Assembly (NCBI GenBank): GCA_015067585.1
Contig: SVMC01000001.1
Span: forward strand, 33,876 to 97,875
Direction: 5' to 3'
Origin: Oscillospiraceae bacterium
GTDB lineage: Bacteria; Bacillota; Clostridia; Oscillospirales; Oscillospiraceae
Length of the DNA: 64,000 bases
Shown here: positions 56,882 to 64,000 of the stretch, piece by piece
Layout: the number at the start of each line of letters is the position of its first letter
Position numbering within the stretch: the stretch's first letter is position 1
Translations under genes and position numbers: made by a program
Notes under the pieces: generated by a model
What the model saw: only the letters and a program-made list of their open reading frames with translations
The model's database searches: none
What the model was told of the DNA's origin: nothing

Positions 56882-58222
56882 TCAATACTCACAGCCGTTC
56901 AGGCTGCCCCAGAGTTTTTTGGAGGCCTCTAAGATATGGGCGTTTTCCGCTTCCTCGTCGATGCCGATGAGCTCGCGGTCTTTCATCAGCACCTTGCCGG
57001 CTGCCACGGTGGTCTGGCACTGGCGGCCGGTCATGCCGAAGAGCATATGGCCGTCGATGTTGTCCGCGCCGAAGGGGGTGAAGGGCTTGTAATCCATGAC
57101 GATCACATCGGCGGATGCGCCGGGCTCCAGCACGCCAAGGCGGGTGGGGAAATATTTTTCGCCGATCTTCGCGTTGTTGCGGAACAGCATATCCGTCACC
57201 TCGCACCAGCCCACATTGGGCAGGCAAGCATTCTGCCGCTGGGCGCACAGGGCGACTTTGATGGACTCCAGCATATCGTTGGTGTAGGCATCGGTGCCGA
57301 GACCAAGGAGGATGCCCGCCTTGTAGAGCTGCAGCACCGGGCAGGTGCCCACGGCATTGCCCATGTTGGACTCAGGGTTATTCACCACCATGGTGCCGGT
57401 GTTGGCAATGATCTCGATCTCCGCGGAATTGACATGGATGCAGTGGCCCAAAATGGTTTTTTCGCCCAAGATCCCGTGATCCTGTAGCCGCTGCACCGGG
57501 CGGCGGCCGTAGTTCTGCAGGCTGTCGTACACATCATTCATGCCCTCGGACACATGGATATGATAGCCTGTACGGCCGTTATTCGCCGCCACCATGCGCT
57601 CAAAGGTCTTATCGGAGATGGTGAACAGGGCATGACCGCCGAACATGGCAGCGAGCATGGGATCTTTTTCTTTTTCGCAATAACTGATAAAATCCGCGTT
57701 CTCCTGAATGGCCTGCAGGCACTTCTCCTCTCCATCCCGGTCAGAGACCTCGTAGCACAGGCAGCTTCGCACGCCAAACTTCTTCGCAGAGGCGGCGATC
57801 TCCATCAAGGAGCCGGGGATCTCGCCGTAGGAGGCATGATGGTCAAAGATGGTGGTGACGCCCTGCTTGATGCAGTCGATGTAGAGGGCATCGGCGCTGG
57901 CACGGGTGCCGTCCAGCATCAGCTTGCGGTCGATGGCCCACCACTGACCGTCCAATACCTCATAGAAATTAGTGGCATTATAACCCTTAATACTCAGACC
58001 ACGGGCCAGAGCGGAATAGATATGGGTATGGGCATTGATGAGGGCGGGCATGATGACGCCGCCTTTGGCATCAATGAACTCCGCACCCGGATATTTTTCC
58101 TTCAGGTCCCTGGTGGTGCCCACCTCCAAAATGCGGTCACCATCCCAGACAACGCCGCCATCGGGCAAATAAGGTGTCTGGCTGCTGCGGGTGATGAGTC
58201 TGCCGTTTGCGAGCAAATACAT
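56882..58222 (-). CDS. ssnA: SsnA-type amidohydrolase (putative aminohydrolase of purine catabolism clusters)
   Basis: 446 aa. Carries G(G/K)..MP.LINAHTH.YS.LARG and metal-binding His/Asp of the amidohydrolase fold. Confidence 0.82.
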   Translation of the reverse strand: MYLLANGRLITRSSQTPYLPDGGVVWDGDRILEVGTTRDLKEKYPGAEFIDAKGGVIMPALINAHTHIYSALARGLSIKGYNATNFYEVLDGQWWAIDRKLMLDGTRASADALYIDCIKQGVTTIFDHHASYGEIPGSLMEIAASAKKFGVRSCLCYEVSDRDGEEKCLQAIQENADFISYCEKEKDPMLAAMFGGHALFTISDKTFERMVAANNGRTGYHIHVSEGMNDVYDSLQNYGRRPVQRLQDHGILGEKTILGHCIHVNSAEIEIIANTGTMVVNNPESNMGNAVGTCPVLQLYKAGILLGLGTDAYTNDMLESIKVALCAQRQNACLPNVGWCEVTDMLFRNNAKIGEKYFPTRLGVLEPGASADVIVMDYKPFTPFGADNIDGHMLFGMTGRQCQTTVAAGKVLMKDRELIGIDEEAENAHILEASKKLWGSLNGCEY

Positions 58223-58236
58223 GAAAATCCCTCCTT

Positions 58237-58281
58237 AAAAAACACAAAAGGAGCCATTTTGACCATGATCAAAATAACTCC
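58237..58281 (-). terminator. Intrinsic terminator inside the ssnA 5' leader (attenuator)
   Basis: The minus-strand RNA ggaguuauuuugauc/ggucaaaauggcucc pairs fully with G-U wobbles, whereas the plus strand would give C-A mismatches. It is followed by uuuuguguuuuuu and then the RBS. Confidence 0.65.
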
Positions 58282-58362
58282 ACTCAAGTAACTCCTGAGT
58301 GATAGTTGGAAGCCCGTGTGCGAAACACTTCGTTACAGCTATCAATCTTCAATTCTATGCAT

Positions 58363-58391
58363 ATTATAATCGGAAAAGACCGCTATTTCAA
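58363..58391 (-). promoter_or_regulatory. Sigma-A promoter of ssnA-ygfK: TTGAAA, 17-nt spacer, TATAAT
   Basis: Hexamers read on the minus strand. The leader to the ATG at 58222 is about 135 nt. Confidence 0.65.
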
Positions 58392-58440
58392 GAGCAAACG
58401 CCGCGGTCATTTGCAACAAAAATGTATTTCCTCTTTTGTG

Positions 58441-58581
58441 AGAAATGCGGAGGCCTCCGCATTTCTGCCTGCAGGGAAATGTTCCCGGAGTCCTTTCGCG
58501 TTCAATCAGAGGGCATTATGGCGGAAGCAAGCTTGCTTCCGCCATAATGTAAAGGCGTCGCTGCATTTTGCAACGACGCCT
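58441..58581. repeat. Cluster of strong palindromes: a 26-bp perfect one, a 36-bp perfect one (centre AAGCTT) and an 8-bp-stem hairpin
   Basis: 58441-58466 agaaatgcggagg/cctccgcatttct. 58514-58549 cattatggcggaagcaag/cttgcttccgccataatg. 58553-58581 aggcgtcg...cgacgcct. Confidence 0.85.
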
Positions 58582-58617
58582 GATATTTTGCAAAGTGTGT
58601 CGTAAACGGCCGGAAGA

Positions 58618-58851
58618 TTAGTCTGCTACATAGGGCAGCAGAGCGATCTGGCGGGCGCGCTTGATGGCGACGGTCAGCTGGCGCTGATGGGCAGCGCAGG
58701 TACCGGTGGTACGGCGGGGCAGGATCTTGCCGCGCTCGGACAGGTAGCGGCGGAGCTTAGCCGTATCCTTGTAATCGATGTGAGCGATCTTATCGACACA
58801 GAAGCTGCAAACCTTCTTGCGCTTATGCGGACGAGCTCTATCGTTAGCCAT
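58618..58851 (-). CDS. rpsR: 30S ribosomal protein S18
   Basis: C.FC........IDYKD...L.R(Y/F).[37 protein letters not shown]. Confidence 0.96.
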   Translation of the reverse strand: MANDRARPHKRKKVCSFCVDKIAHIDYKDTAKLRRYLSERGKILPRRTTGTCAAHQRQLTVAIKRARQIALLPYVAD

Positions 58852-58892
58852 GAATAGTTCCTCCTTCATTTAAATTTTGTGAAAAAGCTCTT

Positions 58893-59399
58893 TTAGAACG
58901 GAAGGTGTCCGTCATCGTCCTCCAGCATAGCGAAATCGCTGACGGCAGAGGGTGCTGCCGGTGCGCTGTAGCCGCCGTAGGGGGCTGCGGGCGCATAAGA
59001 CTGCTGGGGAGCGGCATAGGACTGCTGGGGGGCACCGTAAGCGGCAGCGTAGCCGGAATCGGTGCTTTGAGAATCGCGCTTGGAATCGCCGAAATAAACA
59101 TTGTCGGCCACGACTTCTGCGCTTCTTCTCTTGTTGCCTTCCTTGTCGGTCCAGTTGCGGATCTGGAGACGACCGGAAACCACTGCCATGCGGCCCTTGG
59201 AGAAATACTTGCTGACGAACTCAGCGGTACTGCGCCATGCCACGATGTCAATGAAATCCGTTTCTCTCTCGCCGGATTCGCGGTTACCAAAATCGCGATC
59301 CACAGCCAGGGAGAAGGTTGCGACCGCCAGACCTGTGCCGGTGCGGCGCAGCTCGGGGTCTCTGGTAAGACGGCCCATGAGAACGATATGGTTCAGCAT
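58893..59399 (-). CDS. ssb: Single-stranded DNA-binding protein
   Basis: MLNHIVLMGRLTRDPELR.T..G..V..F.LAV.R and the acidic tail DDDGHLPF. Confidence 0.96.
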   Translation of the reverse strand: MLNHIVLMGRLTRDPELRRTGTGLAVATFSLAVDRDFGNRESGERETDFIDIVAWRSTAEFVSKYFSKGRMAVVSGRLQIRNWTDKEGNKRRSAEVVADNVYFGDSKRDSQSTDSGYAAAYGAPQQSYAAPQQSYAPAAPYGGYSAPAAPSAVSDFAMLEDDDGHLPF

Positions 59400-59408
59400 A
59401 TTGCCTCC

Positions 59409-59705
59409 TTACTCCTCAATAGCGATGATGAGAGAGCGCATGATGCCTTCAGTGATCTTGAACACGCGGTCCAGCTCAGCGGGGAGCTCGGGCTTGCATT
59501 CGCAGGTCATCAGGACATAGTAGCCTTCTGCCATGTCGTTGATGGGGTATGCAAGTCTGCGCTTGCCCCATTCGTCAACACTGGTCAGAGTGCCTTCCGC
59601 CTCGATCATTGCCTTGAACTTTTCCACGAGAGCAACTCTCTGCTCTTCCTCGATGGTAGCATCGATGATATAGAGGACTTCGTACTTTGCGGAAATCTTT
59701 GCCAT
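59409..59705 (-). CDS. rpsF: 30S ribosomal protein S6
   Basis: YE.LYI.......E........F...I...G.......WG.R.LAYPI. Confidence 0.95.
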   Translation of the reverse strand: MAKISAKYEVLYIIDATIEEEQRVALVEKFKAMIEAEGTLTSVDEWGKRRLAYPINDMAEGYYVLMTCECKPELPAELDRVFKITEGIMRSLIIAIEE

Positions 59706-59890
59706 GGTTCTTTGCACCTCCTTATGGACTTCAGGCCGCCGTCTTGCGGCGGCAAGGATTTATCTGCCTGCGCAGACCAGATTATATTAAAGCATTTTCT
59801 TCCATTTGTCAATATAAATTTGAAGTATTTTGCATTTTTAATGCGGCACCAAGGCGGAAGGCGGCGCATTTTGCGGCGCAGCACCTTGTG

Positions 59891-59952
59891 AAAAAACAGA
59901 ACCCCATAGTGCAACCCAAAAACCTGACATTTTGGGAAACTGCACTATGGGG
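59891..59952 (-). terminator. Intrinsic terminator after the proline-rich ORF
   Basis: ccccatagtgca / tgcactatgggg outer stem with an inner cccaaaa/ttttggg pairing and a U-tract (uucuguuuuuu) on the minus strand. Confidence 0.8.
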
Positions 59953-60025
59953 CATACATTACTGACGGTCCGGGGGTGGTCTGCGCTTGTGCGGAAGGTA
60001 TCTCAGGACTTGCGCACCACCCCCG

Positions 60026-60592
60026 TCAGCGTATCCGGGCAAGCTGACGGGAACGGGCCTGGGACTCCCGGGCAAGCTGCCGGGCAGGCTGTGTGCAGGC
60101 TTCAGGAAGCCGCTCCAGTGCGCGGCGAAGGGCTGCTTCCCGTTCCTGCTGTACCTGCAGGGAGATGACTGCAGGGGCAGTGTATGTTCCTGCAATGCCG
60201 CAGCGGCTTCGCAGTGTACTTTCCCCCCGGCGGCATTGGGCTGCCATCTGACGGAAGCCCGGAGAGCGGAAACGCATGGCCAATGCGTCATATCCGGCCG
60301 CAAGCTCCAGAAGCTGTGTCGCCGCAGAAGGTTGGGCTGGGGGCGGCGGAGGCGGCGGAGGTGGCGTCCATCCGCCCTGTCCCGGGGGATTGGGTCTGCC
60401 GCCCTGGCCCGGCGGCTGCCGGGTAGGCGGTGCGGGAGGCTTGTTGTCATCGGGATTCCGTGGCGGTGTGGGAGGTACCCCGCCCCGTCCGGCGGGAGGC
60501 GGCGCGGGCCATGCGCCGGGTGCAAAGACATCCCGCCCCGGCATGACCCTGGCCCATACCGAGCGCACCGCCCGGCGGTCATATGGATTCAT
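60026..60592 (-). CDS. Proline-rich hypothetical protein (188 aa, contains a run of 9 consecutive Pro)
   Basis: Of three overlapping frames, it alone has a strong RBS (AAGGAGGG, 6 nt before the ATG at 60592), and it is followed by a terminator. Confidence 0.55.
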   Translation of the reverse strand: MNPYDRRAVRSVWARVMPGRDVFAPGAWPAPPPAGRGGVPPTPPRNPDDNKPPAPPTRQPPGQGGRPNPPGQGGWTPPPPPPPPPAQPSAATQLLELAAGYDALAMRFRSPGFRQMAAQCRRGESTLRSRCGIAGTYTAPAVISLQVQQEREAALRRALERLPEACTQPARQLARESQARSRQLARIR

Positions 60593-60857
60593 AGCATTCC
60601 CTCCTTATCATGCTACCATCCTATGCCGGCATTCTGCTGTTGGTGCGGCCTTTTCCGTGATCCGCAGGCTGTCTTCGGTCAGATGCTCAAAAATTGCGGT
60701 CTGCACAGTTTTTTTGAGCATTTCCGAAAAAAATCATACCAATTCCATTAAGTATGTGTTATAATAGCATCATCACAAAGGAAATTATGCCCACAGGGCG
60801 AATTTCCCTGTATTTGCCCGCCTTTTTGGGCGGAGCACATATATCAACTGCAAAGGA

Positions 60858-61718
60858 ATGGATCATATGAAGAACATCACCAACCAAGAGCTGGCCCTTT
60901 GGGCGGCACGCGGCAGGCTTCTGGCGGTGGACGCAGTTCATGAAGCAGCCAGCGGCCATCCCGGCGGCTCCCTTTCGTGCATGGATGCACTCATCACCCT
61001 CTACTTCGCGGAAATGAACATCGACCCCGCCGACCCCAAGAAGGCAGACCGTGACCGTCTGGTCATGTCCAAGGGTCACTGCGCTCCCGCCCTGTACTCC
61101 GCTCTGGCACTGCGCGGCTACTTCCCCGTGGAAGACATGAAGCTCCTCCGCTCCATCAAGGCTCACTACTCCGGCCATCCCGACATGGTCAATGTTCCCG
61201 GTGTTGATATGTCCACCGGTTCTCTGTCCCAGGGTATGTCCGCAGCCGTTGGTATGGCTCTGGCGCTCAAGCATCAGGGCACTGACTGCCGCGTATACAC
61301 CATCTGCGGTGACGGCGAAATGGCAGAAGGCCAGATCTGGGAAGCTTCCATGGCAGCAGCCAAGTTCAAGCTGGACAACCTGTGCGTATTTGTAGACGTC
61401 AACGGTCTGCAGATCGACGGCGCCACCAAGGACGTTATGCCCTCCGAACCCCTGGATGCCAAGTTCGCAGCATTCAACTGGAATGTCATCAAGGTGGACG
61501 GCCATAACTTCGAAGAGATCCGCGCAGCACTGGCTCAGGCCCGTGAATGCAAGGGTATGCCCACTGTCATCCTGATGAAGACCGTCAAGGGCAAGGGCGT
61601 CAGCTTCATGGAAAACAATGCCGGCTGGCACGGCAAGGCTCCCAACGATGAGCAGCTTGCTGCCGCAAAGGCTGAGCTGGAACCCATCATTGCAGCACTT
61701 GAGAAGGAGGTAGGCTAA
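60858..61718 (+). CDS. Transketolase, N-terminal (TPP-binding) subunit
   Basis: GHPGGSLS, GHC.PALY and GDGE..EGQ.WEA motifs. 286 aa, the split form. Confidence 0.93.
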   Translation: MDHMKNITNQELALWAARGRLLAVDAVHEAASGHPGGSLSCMDALITLYFAEMNIDPADPKKADRDRLVMSKGHCAPALYSALALRGYFPVEDMKLLRSIKAHYSGHPDMVNVPGVDMSTGSLSQGMSAAVGMALALKHQGTDCRVYTICGDGEMAEGQIWEASMAAAKFKLDNLCVFVDVNGLQIDGATKDVMPSEPLDAKFAAFNWNVIKVDGHNFEEIRAALAQARECKGMPTVILMKTVKGKGVSFMENNAGWHGKAPNDEQLAAAKAELEPIIAALEKEVG

Positions 61719-61719
61719 T

Positions 61720-62667
61720 ATGGCAGGCAAGATCGCAACCAGAAGCGCCTACGGCAAGGCTCTCGCAGAGCTGGGCGCAAAGTATCCCAATGTGGTCGTG
61801 CTGGACTCCGACCTGTCCAACGCCACCATGAGTAAGTTCTTCGCAGCGGAATATCCCGAGCGTTTCTTCAACGTGGGTATCGCTGAGTGCAACATGGTCG
61901 GCGTCGCCGCCGGTATGGCAGCCGCCGGTCTCAAGCCCTTCACCAATACCTTCGCCATGTTCGCTGCCGGCCGTGCTTACGAGCAGGTCCGCAACTCCGT
62001 GGCATATCCCGGTCTGGGCGTGGTGTGCGTCGGCACCCACGGCGGCGTTTCCGTCGGTGAAGACGGCGCCACCCATCAGTGCATCGAGGATCTGGCCCTG
62101 ATGCGTGCCATCCCCGGCATGACCGTCATCCACCCCTGCGACGGCCACGAGACCGCCCTGGCAGTGGAAGCTCTGATCAACTATGACGGCCCCGCTTACC
62201 TGCGTCTGTCCCGTCCCAACACCGAAGTTTTCACCGATGAGATGGAAGGCTACAGCTTCGAGATCGGCAAGGGCGTCACCATGCGTGACGGCGCCGATGT
62301 CACTCTGGTCGCCACCGGCCTCATGGTGGGCATCGCAATGGACGCTGCCAAGATGCTGGAAGCAGAAGGCATTTCTGCCCGCGTCATCAACATCCATACC
62401 ATCAAGCCTCTGGACTGCGAACTGATCTGCAAGGCAGCCAAGGAAACCGGCGCTATCGTGACCTGCGAAGAGCACAACATCGTCGGCGGCCTGGGCGGCG
62501 CAGTTTCTGAGTGCGTGTCCGGCTGCTGCCCCGTTCCCGTTGTCCGCGTTGGTGTAGAAGACCAGTTCGGCCGCAGCGGCAAGGCAGACGAGTGCATGGC
62601 ATACTTCGGCCTCACTGCAGAGAACATCTGCGCCAAGGCAAAGGCAGCCATCGCCCTGAAAAAGTAA
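61720..62667 (+). CDS. Transketolase, C-terminal (pyrimidine-binding) subunit
   Basis: R.AYG.AL..LG, GIAE.NMVG.AAG.A and G.THQ..ED.A.MR. Confidence 0.93.
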   Translation: MAGKIATRSAYGKALAELGAKYPNVVVLDSDLSNATMSKFFAAEYPERFFNVGIAECNMVGVAAGMAAAGLKPFTNTFAMFAAGRAYEQVRNSVAYPGLGVVCVGTHGGVSVGEDGATHQCIEDLALMRAIPGMTVIHPCDGHETALAVEALINYDGPAYLRLSRPNTEVFTDEMEGYSFEIGKGVTMRDGADVTLVATGLMVGIAMDAAKMLEAEGISARVINIHTIKPLDCELICKAAKETGAIVTCEEHNIVGGLGGAVSECVSGCCPVPVVRVGVEDQFGRSGKADECMAYFGLTAENICAKAKAAIALKK

Positions 62668-62718
62668 AAAATAAGCGGCCGGGCAGTGAAAGCTGCCCGG
62701 CCGTTGCAAGGAGACATT

Positions 62719-63417
62719 ATGAAGCAAGCACTGCTTGAGGGTTTGAACCCCCTTGGCATCTCCCTCACGGAAGCACAGACCGACAATTTCTGCCGCTACG
62801 GCACTCTCTTAGTGGAGAAAAACGCGGTGATGAACCTCACCGCCATCACAGAGCCGAAGGATGTGGCCCTGCTCCACTTTGCCGACTGCCTTGCCCTGAC
62901 AAAGATCCGGGATTTTAAGGGAAAACGGGTCATCGATGTGGGCTGCGGCGCAGGCTTTCCCGGCGTTCCCCTGAAAATTGGGGAGCCTTCCATGGAGCTG
63001 ACCCTGCTGGATGCCACCGCCAAGCGGATGAACTGGCTGGAGCAGGAGCTGCTGCCGGAGCTGGGCTTGTCTGCAAAGTGTCTGACGGGCCGTGCGGAGG
63101 AGCTGATCGAAGGCCGCCGGGAGGGGTATGACATTGCCGTTTCCCGTGCCGTGGCAAGGCTCAATATGCTCTGCGAGCTGTGCCTGCCCTTCGTCAAGGT
63201 GGGGGGCTTCTTCCTCGCCATGAAGGGCGCCGCCGCCTCGGATGAGGCCGAGGAAGCCAAGGCTGCCATCCGTCTTTTAGGCGGCAAGCTGCGGGAAATC
63301 GCGGAATACCCCATTGGGGATGCGATGCACAGGGTGGTAGTGATCGAAAAGGTCCGTCCCACCCCGCCCAAATATCCCCGCCGCTTTGCCAAGATCAAGC
63401 AGCAGCCTCTTGTCTGA
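62719..63417 (+). CDS. rsmG: 16S rRNA (guanine527-N7)-methyltransferase
   Basis: N.TAI......(L/W).H..D(S/C)L and DVG.GAGFPG.PLKI. AAGGAG lies 5 nt before the ATG at 62719. Confidence 0.9.
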   Translation: MKQALLEGLNPLGISLTEAQTDNFCRYGTLLVEKNAVMNLTAITEPKDVALLHFADCLALTKIRDFKGKRVIDVGCGAGFPGVPLKIGEPSMELTLLDATAKRMNWLEQELLPELGLSAKCLTGRAEELIEGRREGYDIAVSRAVARLNMLCELCLPFVKVGGFFLAMKGAAASDEAEEAKAAIRLLGGKLREIAEYPIGDAMHRVVVIEKVRPTPPKYPRRFAKIKQQPLV

Positions 63418-63418
63418 C

Positions 63419-63543
63419 AGGGCAAGCTGCGCTTGCCCTCTCGATTTCGCTCCCTGACAGGAGCGAAATCATATCGAATTGCACAGCAATATATCGAATT
63501 CGCGAAGCGAATATATCGAGCTTCCCAAAGGGAAGCATATCGA
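63419..63543. repeat. Second hairpin array: 5 unique hairpins alternating with the constant ATATCGA motif
   Basis: Hairpins lie at 63419-39, 63443-70, 63478-90, 63498-512 and 63520-36. ATATCGA occurs at 63471, 63491, 63513 and 63537. Confidence 0.85.
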
Positions 63544-63575
63544 CAATAGCTGAAACGGCTTTGTTTTTATCGAAA

Positions 63576-63630
63576 CTACCGGCGAATTCGCCGCCTTTAT
63601 GCGGACAGCCGAGGACGGCTGTCCCTACGG
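63576..63630 (-). repeat. Composite GC-rich repeat, inverted copy of 10766..10816
   Basis: The reverse complement ccgtagggacagccgtcctcggctgtccg...ggcgaattcgccggtag matches the 10766 copy over both end blocks. Confidence 0.85.
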
Positions 63631-63666
63631 TGGAAGTTGGAGGTCTTTGCAGGACCGATATTTTAT

Positions 63667-63735
63667 CGTAGGGACAGGCCTCCGGACTGTCCGGCAGGAA
63701 AAGTTCCTTTTTCATTAAAACTACCGGCGAATTCG
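63667..63735 (+). repeat. Third, rearranged copy of the composite repeat (cgtagggacaggcctccggactgtccgg ... ctaccggcgaattcg)
   Basis: It shares the GTAGGGACAG..CTGTCCGG hairpin block and the ACCGGCGAATTCG block. The latter also occurs at 26499-26512. Confidence 0.75.
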
Positions 63736-63736
63736 T

Positions 63737-63765
63737 GTCAATCGGGGAACCGTCCCCTGATTGAC
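63737..63765. repeat. REP-like palindromic unit (gtcaatcggggaaccgtcccctgattgac)
   Basis: Lies 33 nt upstream of the rpiB ATG. Confidence 0.9.
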
Positions 63766-63797
63766 CTCGCTTTCATCAACCTTTTGGAGGAAATATT

Positions 63798-64000
63798 ATG
63801 AAGATTTCTCTTGCCTGTGACCATGGCGCGCTGACCCTGAAGCAGAAGGTGCGTCAGCATCTGGAAGCCCAGGGCCATACCGTGGTGGACTTCGGCACCA
63901 ACACCCCCGACAGCTGCGACTATGCCGACTTCGGCATCCCCGCTGCAAAGGCCGTGGCCTCCGGCGAATGCGACAGAGGCATCGTGCTCTGCACCACCGG
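63798..64000 (+). CDS. rpiB: Ribose-5-phosphate isomerase B, N-terminal part (the 3' end lies outside the window)
   Basis: MKISLACDHGALTLKQKV...L...GH.V.DFG and C..G.G. GGAGG RBS. Confidence 0.9.
   Translation, partial: MKISLACDHGALTLKQKVRQHLEAQGHTVVDFGTNTPDSCDYADFGIPAAKAVASGECDRGIVLCTT

Noticed and set aside
59706-59812. The rpsF 5' leader as the S6:S18-binding autoregulatory element.
   Set aside because: A GC hairpin (gccgccgcaagacggcggc) is present between a TTGACA box and the RBS. I cannot verify the conserved bulge motif from memory, so it was left unannotated.
59959-60751. Alternative ORFs 59959..60582(-) and 59987..60751(+), which overlap the proline-rich ORF.
   Set aside because: Neither has an RBS at its start. 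The plus-strand ORF would run through the minus-strand RBS and into the transketolase promoter region. Only 60026..60592(-) has both an RBS and a terminator.

Overview
The window is about 64 kb of high-GC Firmicutes-type chromosome. Gene content suggests Clostridia, perhaps Oscillospiraceae or Ruminococcaceae (SLH-domain wall proteins, YlmC/YmxH, split transketolase, Asp23-YloV, RqcH, mini-RNase III). That taxonomy is inference only. All protein calls come from reading the supplied translations by eye, and no database search was run. Most genes are housekeeping: glyA, rpsB-tsf, xpt, tRNA-Gln, uvrB, rqcH, mrnC, queH, ssnA-ygfK, rpsF-ssb-rpsR, transketolase, rsmG and rpiB. Transporters, cell-wall genes and small regulator modules (AraC/MFS, LytTR/DUF3021 plus ABC, PadR/DUF1700, XRE) are interspersed. 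No rRNA, CRISPR array, transposase or integrase was seen. Many long ORFs in the track are antisense artefacts of high GC. The most interesting items are these. (1) An AT-rich islet at about 32.2-33.3 kb has the layout of a type III toxin-antitoxin module: promoter, three roughly 50-nt structured RNA units, a leaky terminator, then a ToxN/AbiQ-like ORF. It lies next to the 3' stump of a PepSY gene paralog. (2) A 29-bp REP-like palindrome family occurs as seven units at five loci, two of them inverted doublets, always in short intercistronic gaps. One unit encodes the last seven codons and the stop of a gene. (3) Two arrays alternate a constant ATATC(A/G)(T/A) heptamer with unique 5-8 bp hairpins at a 20-24 nt period. 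One follows tRNA-Gln and one lies in the rsmG-rpiB spacer. Other recurrent GC-rich hairpin motifs are mixed in. (4) The ssnA-ygfK operon has a promoter, a structured leader and an intrinsic terminator in front of it, which looks like an unclassified riboswitch or attenuator. (5) A solitary 1185-aa protein combines phage tail-fibre-like regions with a metallophosphoesterase core.
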